Positions 31,133 to 41,217 of a stretch of DNA of 64,000 bases are shown here, piece by piece (the stretch's first letter is position 1; each line of letters opens with the position of its first letter). The stretch spans positions 992,001 to 1,056,000 of the forward strand of contig OY782391.1 in the NCBI GenBank assembly GCA_963677745.1. Reading direction: 5' to 3'. The stretch comes from Candidatus Altimarinota bacterium. Its GTDB lineage: Bacteria; Patescibacteriota; Gracilibacteria; UBA1369. A program made the position numbers and the translations under genes. Below the pieces are notes generated by a model that saw only the letters and a list, made by a program, of their open reading frames with translations, did not search any database and was not told the origin of the DNA.

Positions 31133-32566
31133 TTAAAAACTACTGCTTTTACCTGATTTGGTCGCCAGAATTGTGGCAGAATTGCGGTCAATTTTCAAAG
31201 TTAAATCAATTGTCTGGCTGTAATAATAATCCACCGGACCGGTCCCGATCCCGATTGAATCGGTCTCGAAAAGATTTTCATCGGTTAATTTCTGTGTAAC
31301 TTCGGTGGCCTGACCTTCAACCAGTACCATTTTCAAAATTTCAGCCTTCAGCTGCTCGGAAGCGGACAGGGCCGGGGTGGTAGAAGTGACGACGGTTGAA
31401 CTGTTATCCGTTGCGGGAGCGGACTGCGTGGCGGTTGGAAGCGTGGCCAGACAATTTTCACTCTGACCGTCACTGGTACTTGATTCACGGATGCTGCCAA
31501 TGATGTACCGCAGTTCTTCTTTCAGTTGCGGACCCAGAGGACCGTCGCCCATTTGGGCATATATTACCAGTATCTTGCCGTTACTCAGTTGCAGATAACT
31601 GTCCTGCAGACCGTTACCAGGCAGTGAAACATAGGCATAAGGCATACCGTTCAGGGTGATCACCTGTTTGGTTGCCCCGGCACCATATTCAATTTGATCC
31701 ATGTAACTTTGCAGCGTCAATTTACCTTCATTGTTGTCAACGGCCACTATCGCTACCAGGCTGTTCGGGAAAACCCTTCCGAAACTGACCTGCCGATTGG
31801 CGACATCCTGTTTCCATAATATCAGCTGGTTGCCGGCGGGCAGGGTGAGCCAGGAAAAAGGTCTCTTGATGCTGTAACCCATTTCGAAATTATTGCAGGC
31901 TCTCCAGTTCAGGTTGATCGGAAAGCGGTCGGTTTTGTTCAATTGTATATACATCGTACGGTAAAGTGCCTCCGCAAAATCCGCCCGGGACATCTTTCTT
32001 TCCGGCAGATAGCTGCCGTCTCCCCTTGCCTCGATCAATAATTTCTGACGGCCGAATTCAACGTAGGGAGCATACCATTGGTCGGATTTTACATCCGTAT
32101 ACGGATCGGCGGTTACAGTCGGAAGCGATAAATCGGGAATCAACCCGCTGTAAATAATTTTCAGACTTTCTGTGGCAGTAATCTCATTGGCGGGTTTAAA
32201 CAAACCATCCTGATAGCCCTGAACCTCGCCCAGATTATAGGCGGATTCAACATAACCATAAAACCAGTCAGTCTTGTTTACGTCGGGAAAATTCAAAGTC
32301 TTTGCTACGGGCACTTCCGGCAGAGATAAAGCTTTTCGGGCCAGAAAAACCAGTTTCAGGGCTTCCGCTCTGTTGATGGTATTGTCCGGGCGGAAAGTGC
32401 CGTCAGGATAACCTGAGGTGATGCCTTTCACCTTTAAAAAATCGATGGCGGCGGCCCTTTCACTTTTACCGGAAACATCAGGGAACGGGTCACCCAAGGC
32501 CTGGACTACTGTCTGTCCCGTTAATAAGGCCAGCAACAGTCCCAGACTGATAATCTTTTTTTTCAA
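31133..32566 (-). CDS. SLH domain protein with C-terminal extracellular domain
   Basis: Signal peptide (TTG start); three SLH repeats (GITSGYPDGTFRPDNTINRAE etc.). Confidence 0.88.
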   Translation of the reverse strand: MKKKIISLGLLLALLTGQTVVQALGDPFPDVSGKSERAAAIDFLKVKGITSGYPDGTFRPDNTINRAEALKLVFLARKALSLPEVPVAKTLNFPDVNKTDWFYGYVESAYNLGEVQGYQDGLFKPANEITATESLKIIYSGLIPDLSLPTVTADPYTDVKSDQWYAPYVEFGRQKLLIEARGDGSYLPERKMSRADFAEALYRTMYIQLNKTDRFPINLNWRACNNFEMGYSIKRPFSWLTLPAGNQLILWKQDVANRQVSFGRVFPNSLVAIVAVDNNEGKLTLQSYMDQIEYGAGATKQVITLNGMPYAYVSLPGNGLQDSYLQLSNGKILVIYAQMGDGPLGPQLKEELRYIIGSIRESSTSDGQSENCLATLPTATQSAPATDNSSTVVTSTTPALSASEQLKAEILKMVLVEGQATEVTQKLTDENLFETDSIGIGTGPVDYYYSQTIDLTLKIDRNSATILATKSGKSSSF

Positions 32567-32570
32567 GATT

Positions 32571-33764
32571 TTATTTGGTTAATTCTGTTTCAATTAACTG
32601 GATGAAAGGAGCTTTTTCCATGGCCCCTCCAATAAATATTTTATTTATAAACAGACTGGGAGTACCGGCTATTCCGAATTCGATTCCCTCAGCCGTGTCC
32701 TTATTTACCCGGTCGGCATACTTACCGCTTTTTACGCAGCTCAGGACTTTATCGGCATTGGCTCCGGCCTGTTTGGCCGCCAGCTTAAGCTGATCATAGA
32801 CAGCCGTTTCAAAATCTTCTTTTTGCATCGCGGCATAAAAATCGGCTTCCATCTGGTAGAGTGTCGCCATCATTGTATCGAGTTTTCCCTGGTCAGCCGC
32901 ACATTCCACGGATTGCGCCAGTAACAGATCAACGCCTCCGCGATTAAAATGCTTGATCACCAGACTTATTTTGTTTCCGTATGTTGCCAGCACCTCCTGT
33001 AAAATGGGATACATTGCCTTACAATAACCGCAGCTGAAACTGGCATATTCCATAATCAGAATTTTGGCTTTTGCAGGATCTGCTCCCAGATGCCTGGCCT
33101 CGCCGACTGCGGGCTGCACCATATATTCCATGCCCTCCGATTGAAACTGATAAAGGCCTCCCTTGCTCAATACGGCATCTGCAAACAGTGAATATTGGGG
33201 ATGTTGTTTGATGTTTTCATCAACAATAAATATCGGCAGGAATTTGGCGTCCAGTTTGGATATATAGGACTTGGCCCTTTCGTCGTTCTTATCGATCCAG
33301 GTGGCCGAGGTCTTGGTGTTTTTCAGGTTGGCTTCAATGTTCTTCAAATATGACTCGATATTGGTTTTCATCTGTTTGTTTTCCTGGTTGTAGATGATGG
33401 TCATTTTCATCAGGAACGGTTCGGCTTTCACTTCTTCTTTTTTCTCACCGGTTTCCAGCTTGAACAGGCCGGTTGTATTTAACAGTCGGTTAAAGTTGTT
33501 TTTGAAATACTGGTTATTTTCATATAAAAGCAGTGAAACAAACACCAGGATCAAAACCGCCGAAACGATTACCCACCAGTATCCGCCGGTTCTTTTTGGG
33601 GAAGTTGCGGCAGCGGAAGGGGTCTCGCTGCTGGGAGCCTGTTCCATCACCCGGTGCAATTTTTCCTCGACGATATGAGGTTTTTTTGTGGCGGCTTTCT
33701 TCGGGGAAAACAGCTTTTTAAATTTAAGAAATTTGTTTTTTAGCGGTTTTTCTGCTTTGGGCAT
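32571..33764 (-). CDS. Membrane-anchored DsbA-family thioredoxin-fold protein
   Basis: TM, EYASFSCGYC, GIAGTPSLFIN; likely start ATG 33764, immediately after the upstream stop. Confidence 0.85.
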   Translation of the reverse strand: MPKAEKPLKNKFLKFKKLFSPKKAATKKPHIVEEKLHRVMEQAPSSETPSAAATSPKRTGGYWWVIVSAVLILVFVSLLLYENNQYFKNNFNRLLNTTGLFKLETGEKKEEVKAEPFLMKMTIIYNQENKQMKTNIESYLKNIEANLKNTKTSATWIDKNDERAKSYISKLDAKFLPIFIVDENIKQHPQYSLFADAVLSKGGLYQFQSEGMEYMVQPAVGEARHLGADPAKAKILIMEYASFSCGYCKAMYPILQEVLATYGNKISLVIKHFNRGGVDLLLAQSVECAADQGKLDTMMATLYQMEADFYAAMQKEDFETAVYDQLKLAAKQAGANADKVLSCVKSGKYADRVNKDTAEGIEFGIAGTPSLFINKIFIGGAMEKAPFIQLIETELTK

Positions 33765-33766
33765 TT

Positions 33767-34195
33767 TTACTGGGTTAATTTTGGTATTGGGCAGCCGCTT
33801 TCTGCGGCCAGTTTTTGAAAAGTTTGAATTCCGGTCAGTAATTTTGTTCCATTTCCCCAGACAGGGTAGTAAGACAGGCCCTTTTCCCGGCAAATAGTTT
33901 CCTGAAAATCACAATTTATATAATGTATCTGTTCAAAAGCCTGTCCAAATATTTTTTTCTGCGCCAGACAGTATTCACAAGTATCCACACCATACATTAT
34001 CCACCCCTTTTTCATCAAGCACTTGGCAAAATCAATTCTTTCCTGCAAGTTTTGTAGCTTGGTGTCGGTTACCTGATTTTCCGGCGGGGAATCCGTCCCC
34101 AGAAATAGTTTTAGGCAGGCCAACAGGACTATCAGTGCCAGTAAAATCTTCAGTCCCGTTTCCAGTTTGATCTTTTTCCGGGAAGACTTATTCAT
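33767..34195 (-). CDS. Membrane-anchored thioredoxin/glutaredoxin-like protein
   Basis: FAKCL...MYG..CEYC..QK..FG...YINC, resembling the Trx domain associated with VKOR proteins. Confidence 0.8.
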   Translation of the reverse strand: MNKSSRKKIKLETGLKILLALIVLLACLKLFLGTDSPPENQVTDTKLQNLQERIDFAKCLMKKGWIMYGVDTCEYCLAQKKIFGQAFEQIHYINCDFQETICREKGLSYYPVWGNGTKLLTGIQTFQKLAAESGCPIPKLTQ

Positions 34196-35573
34196 TTACC
34201 GGATCCTTAGGATTGTAGAAATCAAGATTTTTTTGACCGATTCTTTTGATCACTTCTTCCACCACGCGGGACATTTTAACGGTGGACTGTGTTCCCAGGG
34301 TCATGTCCCTGATGATAGCGGTACCTTCGCGCACTTCGGTCAGTCCGATCAGGATGCAGAAAGGCGCTTTGAAACGGTCGGCGATTTTAAGCTGATTTTT
34401 AATAGCCCCCTTGCCCAGAGCACCCATGGTTTTGACGCCTCGCTCCCGCAATTCATTGATCAGCGGCAGACAGATTTTCTTTGCTTCACGTCCCAATTGG
34501 GCTACAAAAACGTGCAGATCGTCCTTGCTGGGCACGCGCACCTTATTGCGTTTCATTTGTGCAATCACTCTTTCCAAGCCCATGGCGAACCCTATGGCCG
34601 GAGTAGGCACGCCTCCCAATAATTCGATCAGTCCGTCATAGCGTCCGCCTCCTCCCACCGAATTTTGGCCGCCCCGCTTTTCGTCCCAGAACTCGAAGAC
34701 GGTCTGGCTGTAATAATCCAAGCCGCGCACCAGTGTGTCATTGGAGGTGAAGTTGATTCCCAGGTCAGTCAGGTATTCCAGCACTTCTTCATGATAACTC
34801 TGGCTTTCCTTGGAAATGAAATCTTTGAATTTTGGCGCGGACTGGTTGAGGATGATTGTATCCTCATTTTTGGAATCCAGAATGCGCAGCGGGTTTTTGA
34901 CCAGTCTCACCTTGTCCTCCTCCGACAGATAGCGTTCTTTGCCGTAATAATAATCCCTCAATGCGTCGGCATAGATTTTACGGGATGGCAGGTCCCCGAT
35001 ATTGTTGATCTGCAGACGCAGGGTGTCGGCAATTCCCAGGTCCTGATAGATGCGGTAAGCCAGTAAAATGGCCTGTGCATCAAGTGAAGGGTCACTCTCT
35101 CCGATCACTTCAAAACCAAACTGGAAAAATTGGCGATAACGCCCGGCTTGCGGTCTTTCATAACGGAAATGAGGTTCGATATAATACAGTTCCACCGGCT
35201 GCGGCCAGTTTTGCATACCGTTTTGAATATAGGAGCGGCAGATGGCAGCGGTGCTTTCCGGTTTCAAGGTCAGAGAGCGGCCTTTTTTGTCCTCAAATGT
35301 ATACATCTCCTTGCTGACGATATCGGTAGCTTCACCGACGCTCCTTTTGAAAACTTCGGTGAATTCAAAAATTGGCGTGGAAATTCTGCGGAAACCGGCC
35401 TGGCGGCAGCGGTGTCTGACAATCTTTTTAATGTAGGTATAAAAATCCTGATCAACCGGCAAAATATCATGAACGCCTTTTGGGGTCTGGAAAGGCGGAT
35501 TTAATCCGGCGTCCTCGGAGTCATCTTCTTCCGTTACCGGATTATTGGAATTTTTTTGTTCGTCTGTCGACAT
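34188..35573 (-). CDS. hisS: Histidine--tRNA ligase
   Basis: KEMYTFED, FRYERPQAGRYRQF, LVRGLDYY, GGGRYDGL. Confidence 0.98.
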   Translation of the reverse strand: MSTDEQKNSNNPVTEEDDSEDAGLNPPFQTPKGVHDILPVDQDFYTYIKKIVRHRCRQAGFRRISTPIFEFTEVFKRSVGEATDIVSKEMYTFEDKKGRSLTLKPESTAAICRSYIQNGMQNWPQPVELYYIEPHFRYERPQAGRYRQFFQFGFEVIGESDPSLDAQAILLAYRIYQDLGIADTLRLQINNIGDLPSRKIYADALRDYYYGKERYLSEEDKVRLVKNPLRILDSKNEDTIILNQSAPKFKDFISKESQSYHEEVLEYLTDLGINFTSNDTLVRGLDYYSQTVFEFWDEKRGGQNSVGGGGRYDGLIELLGGVPTPAIGFAMGLERVIAQMKRNKVRVPSKDDLHVFVAQLGREAKKICLPLINELRERGVKTMGALGKGAIKNQLKIADRFKAPFCILIGLTEVREGTAIIRDMTLGTQSTVKMSRVVEEVIKRIGQKNLDFYNPKDPVNE

Positions 35574-35682
35574 AATTTTACAAAGTTAAGAACAGGCTAA
35601 AGCCTCAAACCCAACTCCGCATTTAAAATGCGGCTGCTGAAAATATACTACGAAACCGGTTGAGTGGAAAGGGGAGTTTTGG

Positions 35683-36711
35683 CTATTGCTCAAGTTCGGA
35701 AAAATCTTTTCTGAACTCTTTTTTCATCAGATGATATCCCTTGTGCCAGCCGCGTATCAATCCCAGTAATACAAAGATAAAATCCCTCAGACGGATGATA
35801 AAGACAAAAGCAAAGGCGTTGATTGAAACACCCAACAGGGCAAAAATTGTGGCGTGGCCGCTTTCCAGTATACCCAGCCCACCTGGAATTGGCAGCAGAT
35901 AAGCAAAATAAGGGATGGTGCTGGCCAGGAAAGCCTGCAGAAAAGTTAATCTTACTCCCATGAACCAGGCTACCAGAAAATGTTCGATCAGGATGAACAG
36001 CACCGTGAAGATGGAAATACCCAACAAAATCCACAGCGTTCGGGGATTGTGATGGTAAAAAGCATTCATTTCTTTTTCAAAACTGTCCAGTTTCTCCTCC
36101 AGATGTTGCAGCCGGCCGATCTTTTTAAGATGCAGTAATTTATAGATGGAACTGAAAAATCCGATGCTGCGGATGGACGAATAATAAAACCAGAACACCA
36201 GAAGCAGCATCAGGGCGGCGGCGATTGCCATCACCGGTTTGGAAAACACCAGCACCCGGTCGTCAAACAGGGCTACCACTATTCCGCAGGCGATAAAAAT
36301 TATCAGTGTGGAAAATTCCAAAGCCTTGTCGATGATGGTGGAAGATACCGCCGTTTTTCTGGGAACGCCTTCTTCTTCGATCAGCATTATGCGCAAGGGT
36401 TCTCCGCCCATCTGGGCGGAAGGAGTTACATAACTCAGCGCGTAGGCTGCCATGCGATTCCAGAAAAAAGTGGAACTGGGGATTTTTTTCTCCTTAAACA
36501 GCACTTTGGTGATAATTTCCCAGCGCAGGCTGTACAGATAAAAATTCAGGAAGGATAAGCCTACGAAAAACAGAAACTTCAGCAAAGAAAATTCCTTGAG
36601 TACTTTGATGATATTACCGAGCCCCGAATTGTAGACCGAGATAATAAAGAGAACAATTCCCAGAATCAGGAAGGCCAGGAAAATTACGGTTTTTTTGTTG
36701 AGTTTTTTCAT
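35683..36711 (-). CDS. Lysylphosphatidylglycerol-synthase TM / flippase-like membrane protein
   Basis: Multi-TM; SLRW, TPSAQMGGEPLR, PIPGGLGILE. Confidence 0.85.
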   Translation of the reverse strand: MKKLNKKTVIFLAFLILGIVLFIISVYNSGLGNIIKVLKEFSLLKFLFFVGLSFLNFYLYSLRWEIITKVLFKEKKIPSSTFFWNRMAAYALSYVTPSAQMGGEPLRIMLIEEEGVPRKTAVSSTIIDKALEFSTLIIFIACGIVVALFDDRVLVFSKPVMAIAAALMLLLVFWFYYSSIRSIGFFSSIYKLLHLKKIGRLQHLEEKLDSFEKEMNAFYHHNPRTLWILLGISIFTVLFILIEHFLVAWFMGVRLTFLQAFLASTIPYFAYLLPIPGGLGILESGHATIFALLGVSINAFAFVFIIRLRDFIFVLLGLIRGWHKGYHLMKKEFRKDFSELEQ

Positions 36712-36785
36712 GGGACTGCGCGCGTCGGGCGGCGGTTAATACATTACGAACGTTTATGACGGGGTACTGAGCAGCATACAAAAAT

Positions 36786-37910
36786 TCAAGCTGCTACTGA
36801 TGAGTTGGTCTCATAAAGATCAAGCTGCGGTTCAGGGAATTCCCTGGCTACCGGAGAGTATTTTTTCGGGTATTGTTGCAAATAATAATAGGCGGCCCCG
36901 GCAATCATGGCGGCGTTATCGGTGCAGTAATGCAAAGTCTTGCTGTAGCGGAGTTCGGTTCCGGCGGGCAATGCAGGCATTTTTTCGATCACCATTTCAC
37001 GCAGCCGGGAATTGGCAGAAACGCCGCCGGCTAGATGTATTTCCTTGGCACCGTACTTTTTGGCGGCCTGAATCAGTTTTTCACTTAATATGTCGCAGAC
37101 GCATTCCTGAAAGCTGGCGGCGCAGTCAGCGGCAAATTGCGAAGTCAATTTGCCGTGCATTTTATGAAATTTTTCCACTTCCCGCAAAACGGCGGTCTTA
37201 AGTCCCGAAAAACTAAAATTGAAGTTGCCGGCTTTGACCAGAGCGCGGGGAAAATTGATGGCCCTGGGATTACCTTTCAAGGCGGCTTTACTGATAGCCG
37301 GTCCTCCGGGATAACCCAGATTGAGCAGACGCGCCACTTTGTCAAAAGCCTCTCCGGCTGCATCATCCAGAGTTTCACCGATCATCTCGAACTGTAAATC
37401 CTGGCGCAGCAGCACCAGTTCATTGTGGCCGCCGGAGACGGTCAGTACCACCACCGGAAAATTCACCTGATCCCCGGCTTCCAGATCCAGCCAGTTGGCG
37501 TAAATATGCCCGGCCACATGATGCACCGGAATTAAAGGCTTGTTGAGAACCCTCGCCAGAGTTACCGCGGCACTGTAACCGATTAACAGTGAGCTCAGCA
37601 GTCCCGGGCCGCGCGTGACGGCGATCGCGTCGATGTCGGTTAATTTCATACCAGCCGGTTCTCCATCTGCATCAATAATCTTAGCTTTAGTTAACGCCTC
37701 CTCAATCACCGCCCGTACTTTCAGTACGTGCTCACGCGCAGCCACTTCCGGAACTACGCCACCTGTGGCGGCGTGAATATCAATCTGCGAAGCGATCACT
37801 GACGATACAACCAGTCTGCCGTTTTCCACGATGGCGCAGGCGGTTTCATCACAGGAACTTTCGATGCCGAGTATTCTGATTACACCTTTTTGAGTGGCAG
37901 CCTGCTTCAT
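36786..37910 (-). CDS. tsaD: tRNA threonylcarbamoyladenosine biosynthesis protein TsaD
   Basis: GIESSCDET, GGVVPEVAAREH, SGGH, DDAAGEAFDK, FSFSGLKTA, TDNAAMI. Confidence 0.97.
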   Translation of the reverse strand: MKQAATQKGVIRILGIESSCDETACAIVENGRLVVSSVIASQIDIHAATGGVVPEVAAREHVLKVRAVIEEALTKAKIIDADGEPAGMKLTDIDAIAVTRGPGLLSSLLIGYSAAVTLARVLNKPLIPVHHVAGHIYANWLDLEAGDQVNFPVVVLTVSGGHNELVLLRQDLQFEMIGETLDDAAGEAFDKVARLLNLGYPGGPAISKAALKGNPRAINFPRALVKAGNFNFSFSGLKTAVLREVEKFHKMHGKLTSQFAADCAASFQECVCDILSEKLIQAAKKYGAKEIHLAGGVSANSRLREMVIEKMPALPAGTELRYSKTLHYCTDNAAMIAGAAYYYLQQYPKKYSPVAREFPEPQLDLYETNSSVAA

Positions 37911-37998
37911 TTATAAAAAAAGAATTTGCCTTGGGAGTTATCTTTAGGCGACCAGCATGATACAATATTTACAAGATAAATAAAATAAAACTTAACTC

Positions 37999-39318
37999 AT
38001 GTTCGTCACAGCCATCGATTTGGTTCGCACCTTGCAGAAAGCCGGTTATACGGCCTACTTTGCCGGGGGCTGCGTGCGCGATATGCTGATGGGTCATGCT
38101 CCCAAGGATATCGACATAGTTACCAACGCCCTGCCGGACGAACTGGAGCAGATTTTCGAACATACCATTCCGGTCGGTAAAAAATTCGGGGTGATTCTGG
38201 TGGTACAAAACGGTCATCATTTCGAAATTGCCACCTTCCGTTCCGATGCCGGCTACTCCGACGGACGCCGGCCCGATGCCGTGATTTTTACTCATCCGGA
38301 AAATGATGCGCGTCGCCGTGATTTCACCATCAACGGTATGTTTTACGATCCAATTACCGAAAAATATCTGGATTATGTGGACGGACAAAAAGACCTGGCG
38401 GCCAAACTGATCCGTTTCATCGGCAACGCCGAAGAACGCATTCTGGAGGATCATCTGCGTTTACTGCGTGCCGTGCGATTCAAAAATCAGTTTGATTTTC
38501 AGTATGAGCCTGAAACCTACGAAGCCGTGCAAAAATACGCCCCGCTGATTCTGGAAAAAGTATCCACTGAAAGAATCCGCGATGAATTCTGCAAGATGTT
38601 GATGGATAAAACCCGGCCTTCCATGGCTTTCGAGGACATGAGTCATCTGGGAATCTTAAAATTAATCTTACCGGAGCTGGAGCGCCTCCGGGGCTGCCCC
38701 CAACCCTTTGAATACCATCACGAAGGCGATGTCTGGACACATACCATGGCGGCCATCGACAGCCTCCCGCCGGAGGCGCCCCTGATTGCCCGCCTGTCCA
38801 CGCTTTTCCATGATATCGGCAAGCCGGACACCTTCGCGCTTAAGGAGCGTATCCGCTTTGACTCGCACGCTTCCATCAGTGCCGAACTGTCGCGCCAGAT
38901 CATGAAACGTCTCAATTTCAGCACCGAGCAGATCGATGCAGTGGCCTGGTGCATCGAACATCACATGATGATGGCCAGCTTTCTGACCATGAATGACAGC
39001 CGCCTGATGCATTGGCTGCATCATCCCCAAATGGAAAATATGCTGACTCTGATGAAGGCCGATGCCGCCGGAACCGAACCGGGGGATTTCTCTTTTTACA
39101 ACGAAATCGAAAAACTATTCCGCCTCCGCCTGAAAAAATTCCCGGAACCCCCGCAGCCGTTTTTGACCGGTGAGGAAATTATGAAACTGACCGGCCTCCC
39201 TGCCGGCTCCCGCATCGGGAAGCTGAAAGACCAGCTCTATGAACTGCAGGTGGACGGCAAACTGAAGACCTGCGAAAAGGCCGAGAAATGGCTGAAAGAT
39301 AACTTCAAAAAGGCCTGA
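37999..39318 (+). CDS. cca: CCA tRNA nucleotidyltransferase with HD domain
   Basis: GGCVRD...KDIDIVT, RRDFTING, EDHLRLLRAVRF, HDIGKP. Confidence 0.93.
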   Translation: MFVTAIDLVRTLQKAGYTAYFAGGCVRDMLMGHAPKDIDIVTNALPDELEQIFEHTIPVGKKFGVILVVQNGHHFEIATFRSDAGYSDGRRPDAVIFTHPENDARRRDFTINGMFYDPITEKYLDYVDGQKDLAAKLIRFIGNAEERILEDHLRLLRAVRFKNQFDFQYEPETYEAVQKYAPLILEKVSTERIRDEFCKMLMDKTRPSMAFEDMSHLGILKLILPELERLRGCPQPFEYHHEGDVWTHTMAAIDSLPPEAPLIARLSTLFHDIGKPDTFALKERIRFDSHASISAELSRQIMKRLNFSTEQIDAVAWCIEHHMMMASFLTMNDSRLMHWLHHPQMENMLTLMKADAAGTEPGDFSFYNEIEKLFRLRLKKFPEPPQPFLTGEEIMKLTGLPAGSRIGKLKDQLYELQVDGKLKTCEKAEKWLKDNFKKA

Positions 39319-39339
39319 AATCTTTCAATACAGGGGCTA

Positions 39340-39368
39340 TTGACAAAACTACAAAAGTATTGTAATGT
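39340..39368 (+). promoter_or_regulatory. sigma70-type promoter
   Basis: TTGACA at 39340 with TAATGT 17 nt downstream. Confidence 0.55.
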
Positions 39369-39470
39369 GTTAATCTGTTTCGTCGAGCATGGGGAAACCC
39401 GTTGCTCCGGGACTGACAATCGAAAATTCGAGGACACTAACTAAGCGCTATTTGCGCTTGCGAGGTATGT

Positions 39471-40010
39471 ATGAAGGCGAAGTTTTTTTGTGGTCTCGTG
39501 TCGTTGCTTGGGCTCGTCGTCGCAGGGAATAACTGCGCTCGCAGTGAAACCCGTGAGACGACGGTCGATAGCTTAAGCGTCGCTGTTACCGTCACTGACG
39601 GGCACGCCGCGACATCGACGGAGTCAGACAGTTACAACTGCCTGACCGACCCAACGAGGGGGCAGGAATGTCTGATCGGGGGAACGTACTTTCCTGTGTA
39701 CGGCACCTGGCAGTGCGCGGCAAGCCAAGAAGGCCTGATTTGCATCATCGACGAGGCAGAGTTCCATCGTCCGAGGGCCGGCGCAGAGTGCCGGTACTCG
39801 GGTGTTGAGATCTGCGACGGCCTCGACAACAACTGCGACGGCCAGGTCGATGAAGGACTTCTCAATACCTGTGGTCTTTGCGGGCCAGAGCCAGTTGAGA
39901 CCTGCAACGGCAGGGACGACAACTGCAACGGCCAGATCGACGAAGGGGTGGCCGACTGCACAGTTCTTGACTACGGCTTCCTCAACTGGAATCTCCTCGA
40001 CTTAAGGTAA
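39471..40010 (+). CDS. Secreted Cys-rich protein with MopE-related putative metal-binding repeats
   Basis: Signal/lipoprotein-like N-terminus; EICDGLDNNCDGQVDEG and ETCNGRDDNCNGQIDEG; GAGGT RBS. Confidence 0.8.
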   Translation: MKAKFFCGLVSLLGLVVAGNNCARSETRETTVDSLSVAVTVTDGHAATSTESDSYNCLTDPTRGQECLIGGTYFPVYGTWQCAASQEGLICIIDEAEFHRPRAGAECRYSGVEICDGLDNNCDGQVDEGLLNTCGLCGPEPVETCNGRDDNCNGQIDEGVADCTVLDYGFLNWNLLDLR

Positions 40011-40256
40011 AAAATATCCAAACCGGGTCAATATTGACCCAGAAAGACGTGTCTATCGAATTTTTATCGGTTTCGGTCTCTGTGTTATCAGGTGGCCGAC
40101 ACCAAACCCGGCGGGTACATCCCGCACACGGCCCCACCAACATATGAGTGGGGCTATTCGACATTCCCGTCTTCAGCAATCTTTATGAAGATTTTTCCAA
40201 AACACCAGCCGGCGTAGATTTGCTAAAGATCAAAAAAGAAAAAATATAAGCCTTGA

Positions 40257-41051
40257 TTAAGACACAGTCTGATCCAAATTTTGTTTACTGATTCCGTATA
40301 CCTGTTTTAGAGCCATCAGCAGCATCTCTGCCTCGGCCAGCTTGTTTTCATCTATCAACTCGATCACCGGCAGCATTTCCTTGCCGATATCTTCACCCCT
40401 TTTCTCAATCACCGGCAGTAAATCCAGAAATTTATCCATTGCCTCCAGTCTGCCGGTCTTAGCCACCTGTATCAGAAAATATACATAGATTTCCGGTTTA
40501 CCATCGAGCTTTTCCAGATACATGGAAGTCATCTCCGCCATGGTCAGATCCACTTCCATGATCAGATCCAGATACCAGTTGGCCACCCGCCAGTTTCTGG
40601 GCGAGATCATTCCCAGACTGGTCAGTATGGCCAGGGGACTCTTTACCGGATGATCGGAATTAAAACTGAACAATTTAAACATAAACAGTTCCAAATCCTG
40701 CGGTTCCATCGGCAATTCATCAAGCAACTCCACCAGGCGGATCAAAGCGTGATGGTCTTCAATAGCCGCGAGCGCCTTCAGGTGTTTCAGGACTACGTGA
40801 AAATGAGGGGAGTCTTTGCTGTTTCTGACCAAATATCTGCGCAGACTGCTGCTGAGAGCCACCCATTCCGGTTCTGTACCGTTAAAACCCAGGTCATTTC
40901 TAAGCTGCGGTATCAGACCGTCATCAATCCTGTTCTCCGGAACCTCATCCGGCAGCATCTCCGTGACTTCATTTACCGGCTTTGTGTGATCAATTATCAG
41001 TCCCGTTCCATCTCCCAATGAGGAAAGAGACATCCTGGTTTTTATACCCAT
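40257..41051 (-). CDS. Hypothetical helical protein
   Basis: Long ORF filling the gap. Start probably 41051 or 41033, since a minus-strand TTGACA lies at 41102-41107. Confidence 0.7.
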   Translation of the reverse strand: MGIKTRMSLSSLGDGTGLIIDHTKPVNEVTEMLPDEVPENRIDDGLIPQLRNDLGFNGTEPEWVALSSSLRRYLVRNSKDSPHFHVVLKHLKALAAIEDHHALIRLVELLDELPMEPQDLELFMFKLFSFNSDHPVKSPLAILTSLGMISPRNWRVANWYLDLIMEVDLTMAEMTSMYLEKLDGKPEIYVYFLIQVAKTGRLEAMDKFLDLLPVIEKRGEDIGKEMLPVIELIDENKLAEAEMLLMALKQVYGISKQNLDQTVS

Positions 41052-41217
41052 AAAATTTAAATCAAAATCTGAGGCGGATATAATGAGGAAAATATAAAAA
41101 GTGTCAATAAAGTCAGTAAAAATCTGTTGCAACTTGCCAAAATCACCCGTCATCTGTATATCCGTTACTGATCGAACTGGTATTGAACCGGTTAAACCAA
41201 AACAACTTCACGACCCC

